Shown here: positions 36,438 to 38,502 of the stretch, one piece after another
Numbering within the stretch: the first letter of the stretch is position 1
How the letters are laid out: each line of letters opens with the position of its first letter
DNA from: an uncultured Hyphomonadaceae bacterium
Lineage (GTDB): Bacteria; Pseudomonadota; Alphaproteobacteria; Caulobacterales; Hyphomonadaceae
Assembly: GCA_964644395.1 (NCBI GenBank)
Contig: CAZXWB010000001.1
Span: 1-38,502, forward strand
Length of the DNA stretch: 38,502 nucleotides
Reading direction: 5' to 3'
The notes under the pieces: generated by a model
The model's database searches: none
The model's input: only the letters and a program-made list of their open reading frames with translations
What the model was told of the DNA's origin: nothing
Made by a program: the position numbers and the translations under genes

Positions 36438-36946
36438 TCGCCCACCATGGGATCGGCCACCCGGACCTCGCCACTCGCCGCGACGCTGAGCCGCCTGACG
36501 GCTTTCAGGCCGGCAATCTCCAGCTCGACCGGCGTCGCCTCGCCCACGGGCAGGAACACCAACAGGCGCTCCGGTTCGGGCGCGCGCGACGCTTGCCCCT
36601 GGGTGGCACGGCTGTCCGGGCGCGTCAGCGTCAGCCGCTCGGGCGTGCCATCGGGCAGGCGTGTGCGGCGAAACTCCAGGGCCTGCCAGGTCCCATTCCG
36701 GTAGCGTTCAAAGGCATAGGACTGGCCCGTCACCGTCCAGGCCGTGGCCTCGCCGGACAGGATGCTCTCGCGCGACAACAGTGTCAGGGCTTTGGCCAGT
36801 TCGTCGGCATGTTTCTCCGCCGGCGGCGCCTGGCGGCCGTTCTGCAGCACGATGACACCGACCATGAGCCCGATGATGAAGATCACCACCAGGAGTTCGA
36901 CCAGCGTGAAGCCGGCCTCATGGGAGGTGTCCGGCCCGGCCTGCAC
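36434..36946 (-). CDS. gspH: Type II secretion minor pseudopilin H
   Basis: I take GTG 36946, 4 nt after the gspG stop, giving (M)QAGPDTSHEAG/FTLVELLVV and 170 aa. The 275-aa ORF-track version would overlap all of gspG. Confidence 0.85.
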   Translation of the reverse strand: MQAGPDTSHEAGFTLVELLVVIFIIGLMVGVIVLQNGRQAPPAEKHADELAKALTLLSRESILSGEATAWTVTGQSYAFERYRNGTWQALEFRRTRLPDGTPERLTLTRPDSRATQGQASRAPEPERLLVFLPVGEATPVELEIAGLKAVRRLSVAASGEVRVADPMVGE

Positions 36947-36950
36947 GGCC

Positions 36951-37370
36951 TCAGCCCGCCAGTGTGTCGAGGTCGAGATCGGCGTCCATGTCTTCGCCAC
37001 CGGGCTGGCCGTCGGCACCGAGGGAATAGATGCGGAAATCCCGTCCGCCATTGAACTCATAGATATAGTCGTTCTGCCAGGGGTCCTTTTGCAGGCGCGT
37101 GATCTGGCCGCTTTCGACAAGCGCCTGGAGGCCCTGTTCATTGGTCGGGCAGCGCCCCTGCTGCTCGCAGTAAAGGAACACCGCCTCCTCCAGCGTGGAG
37201 AGATCGGCCTGCACCTTGGTGATCCGGGCGCTGTCGGTGGTCCCGAGCACGCGCGGCGCAATCACGGCGGCCAGCAGCCCGATGATCAGGATCACGACGA
37301 GCAGTTCGATCAGCGTGACACCGGCTTCATTGCCGGGGTCACTGCGTCGTTTCGCGGTCTCGTTCAGCAT
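36951..37370 (-). CDS. gspG: Type II secretion major pseudopilin G
   Basis: 139 aa with leader MLNETAKRRSDPGNEAG, then VTLIELLVVILIIGLLAA, and a C-terminal DPWQNDY.Y......SLGADGQPGGE region as in GspG. Confidence 0.93.
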   Translation of the reverse strand: MLNETAKRRSDPGNEAGVTLIELLVVILIIGLLAAVIAPRVLGTTDSARITKVQADLSTLEEAVFLYCEQQGRCPTNEQGLQALVESGQITRLQKDPWQNDYIYEFNGGRDFRIYSLGADGQPGGEDMDADLDLDTLAG

Positions 37371-37408
37371 GGCGGTTCACCTTTCCTGTCGCGGCGGGCG
37401 GAAGCGTG

Positions 37409-38502
37409 TCACCGCAGCGCCGCGCCCGTGTTCAATTCCATGATCGGCAGCATGATCGCAAGGATAATCACCAGCACAAGCCCCCCCATGATCACCGTGA
37501 TCACGGGCTCCAGAAGGTTCAGCGCCACGGTCGATTTCGCCTCGAATTCCGCCTCGAGATGGTTGGCCCCGCGCTCGAACACCTCGCCCAGGCGCCCGCT
37601 AGACTCACCACCCGCGGCCATGTGCACGACAAGCGGGGGAAATTCCCCGGTCTGGGCCATGGCGGTGTTGAGCGCCCCGCCCTTCCGGACCGTCTCGGCC
37701 ACCGCGTCGACGGCGTCGCGCAGGACAAGGTTCGATGTGGTCTCCCGCGCCGCGGCAATCGCGTCGAGCACCGGCGCGCCGGAGAGCGACAGCGCGGCAA
37801 ACGTCCGGGAAAACCGGGCCGCAGACACGCTGCGCACCACGGGCCCGATCACCGGGAGGCCGAGGACGAAACGGTCCACACCGCGCTTGAAACTGTCCTG
37901 GGCCATGGCCCGGTTGAAGAGGACAAGGGCCACCACAAGGCCGCCAAGGATGAACAGGCCGTAGCGTTTCAGGAAGTCCGAGATCGCGATGACGATCTCG
38001 GTGATGAGCGGCAGCCCCTCGCCCATCCCGTCAAACTGTTCCACAATGGTCGGAACGACGAAGACCATGAGCCCGACAATCACGGCCATGGCAACGATAA
38101 GCAGGATCACCGGATAGACGAGCGCGGCGGTCACCTTCCGCTTCATGGCCTGGGATTTTTCCAGATTGTCGGCGAGGCGTTCCAACACGCTGCCAAGCGC
38201 CCCTGATCCCTCGCCCGCCCGCACGATGGCGCGGTAGAGCGGTGAGAAGGTCCTGGCTTCGGCGCGCATGGCGTTGGAGAGCGACTGGCCCTCAACGATG
38301 CCCGCGCGCACCGAGGCCAGTACCGCGCGCGTATTGGCGTCGCGGGCATTTGTGCCGACCGCGCCGACGGCTTCCTCGACCGGCGCGCCCGAACCGATCA
38401 GCAGCGCCAGCTGGCGCGTCATCAGCACCAGTTCATGGGACTTGATCCGTCGGCGGCTGCTGCCTGCGGCTTCGCCCTTGCGCGACTCCTTGACCGGGCT
38501 GA
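37409..38502 (-). CDS. gspF: Type II secretion inner-membrane platform protein F (5' end beyond the window)
   Basis: The reading frame is open to the right edge (...RRRIKSHELVLMTRQLALLIGSGAPVEEAV). It has GspF/PilC repeats and three TM segments, and ends ...MLPIMELNTGAALR. Confidence 0.9.
   Translation of the reverse strand, partial: SPVKESRKGEAAGSSRRRIKSHELVLMTRQLALLIGSGAPVEEAVGAVGTNARDANTRAVLASVRAGIVEGQSLSNAMRAEARTFSPLYRAIVRAGEGSGALGSVLERLADNLEKSQAMKRKVTAALVYPVILLIVAMAVIVGLMVFVVPTIVEQFDGMGEGLPLITEIVIAISDFLKRYGLFILGGLVVALVLFNRAMAQDSFKRGVDRFVLGLPVIGPVVRSVSAARFSRTFAALSLSGAPVLDAIAAARETTSNLVLRDAVDAVAETVRKGGALNTAMAQTGEFPPLVVHMAAGGESSGRLGEVFERGANHLEAEFEAKSTVALNLLEPVITVIMGGLVLVIILAIMLPIMELNTGAALR

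Noticed and set aside
36434-37261. The 275-aa ORF-track version of gspH, which overlaps all of gspG.
   Set aside because: The N-terminal 105 residues are Arg/Pro/Ser-rich out-of-frame read-through of gspG. A GTG at 36946, 4 nt after the gspG stop, gives a normal prepilin leader (QAGPDTSHEAG/FTLVELL).

Overview
This is a GC-rich chromosomal segment (roughly mid-60s % G+C by eye). Gene content and order look alphaproteobacterial, possibly Caulobacterales/Hyphomonadaceae-like, but that is inference with no search run. Almost every base is explained by about 45 tightly packed housekeeping genes.

Left to right: tRNA-Leu(UAG); nnr; glnB-glnA; an SLT-like lipoprotein; an OYE-family flavin reductase; parE; two translationally coupled exported amidohydrolases; a DEAD-box helicase; xthA; a small secreted coiled-coil protein; a ~600-bp lower-GC non-coding gap; and a TetR regulator.

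A long minus-strand array follows: rpoZ-spoT-pyrE-pdxJ-acpS-rnc-era-recO-sufC-sufD-sufS-sufT-sufA. After it come a NYN/LabA-domain gene overlapping a uracil-DNA-glycosylase gene, then dapA-smpB, slt, and a PLP-dependent threonine-dehydratase-like gene. The window ends with a type II secretion operon, gspF (runs off the right edge)-G-H-I-J-K-L-M-N, followed by a tightly coupled unknown lipoprotein.

I see no IS elements, integrases, phage genes, CRISPR arrays, toxin-antitoxin pairs or recognisable defence genes. I cannot point to a convincing new multi-gene system, so this looks like ordinary core genome.

The observations most worth a second look are:
- The amidohydrolase pair, where the downstream paralogue has lost the metal-binding histidines.
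- The unknown lipoprotein and the TTG-started PLP enzyme coupled to the 3' end of the gsp operon.
- A suf cluster with no sufB, plus a perfect 7-3-7 AT-rich palindrome on a possible sufC promoter.
- The motif-dense non-coding gap between the secreted coiled-coil gene and the TetR gene.

The many long ORFs antisense to these genes are GC-composition artefacts.
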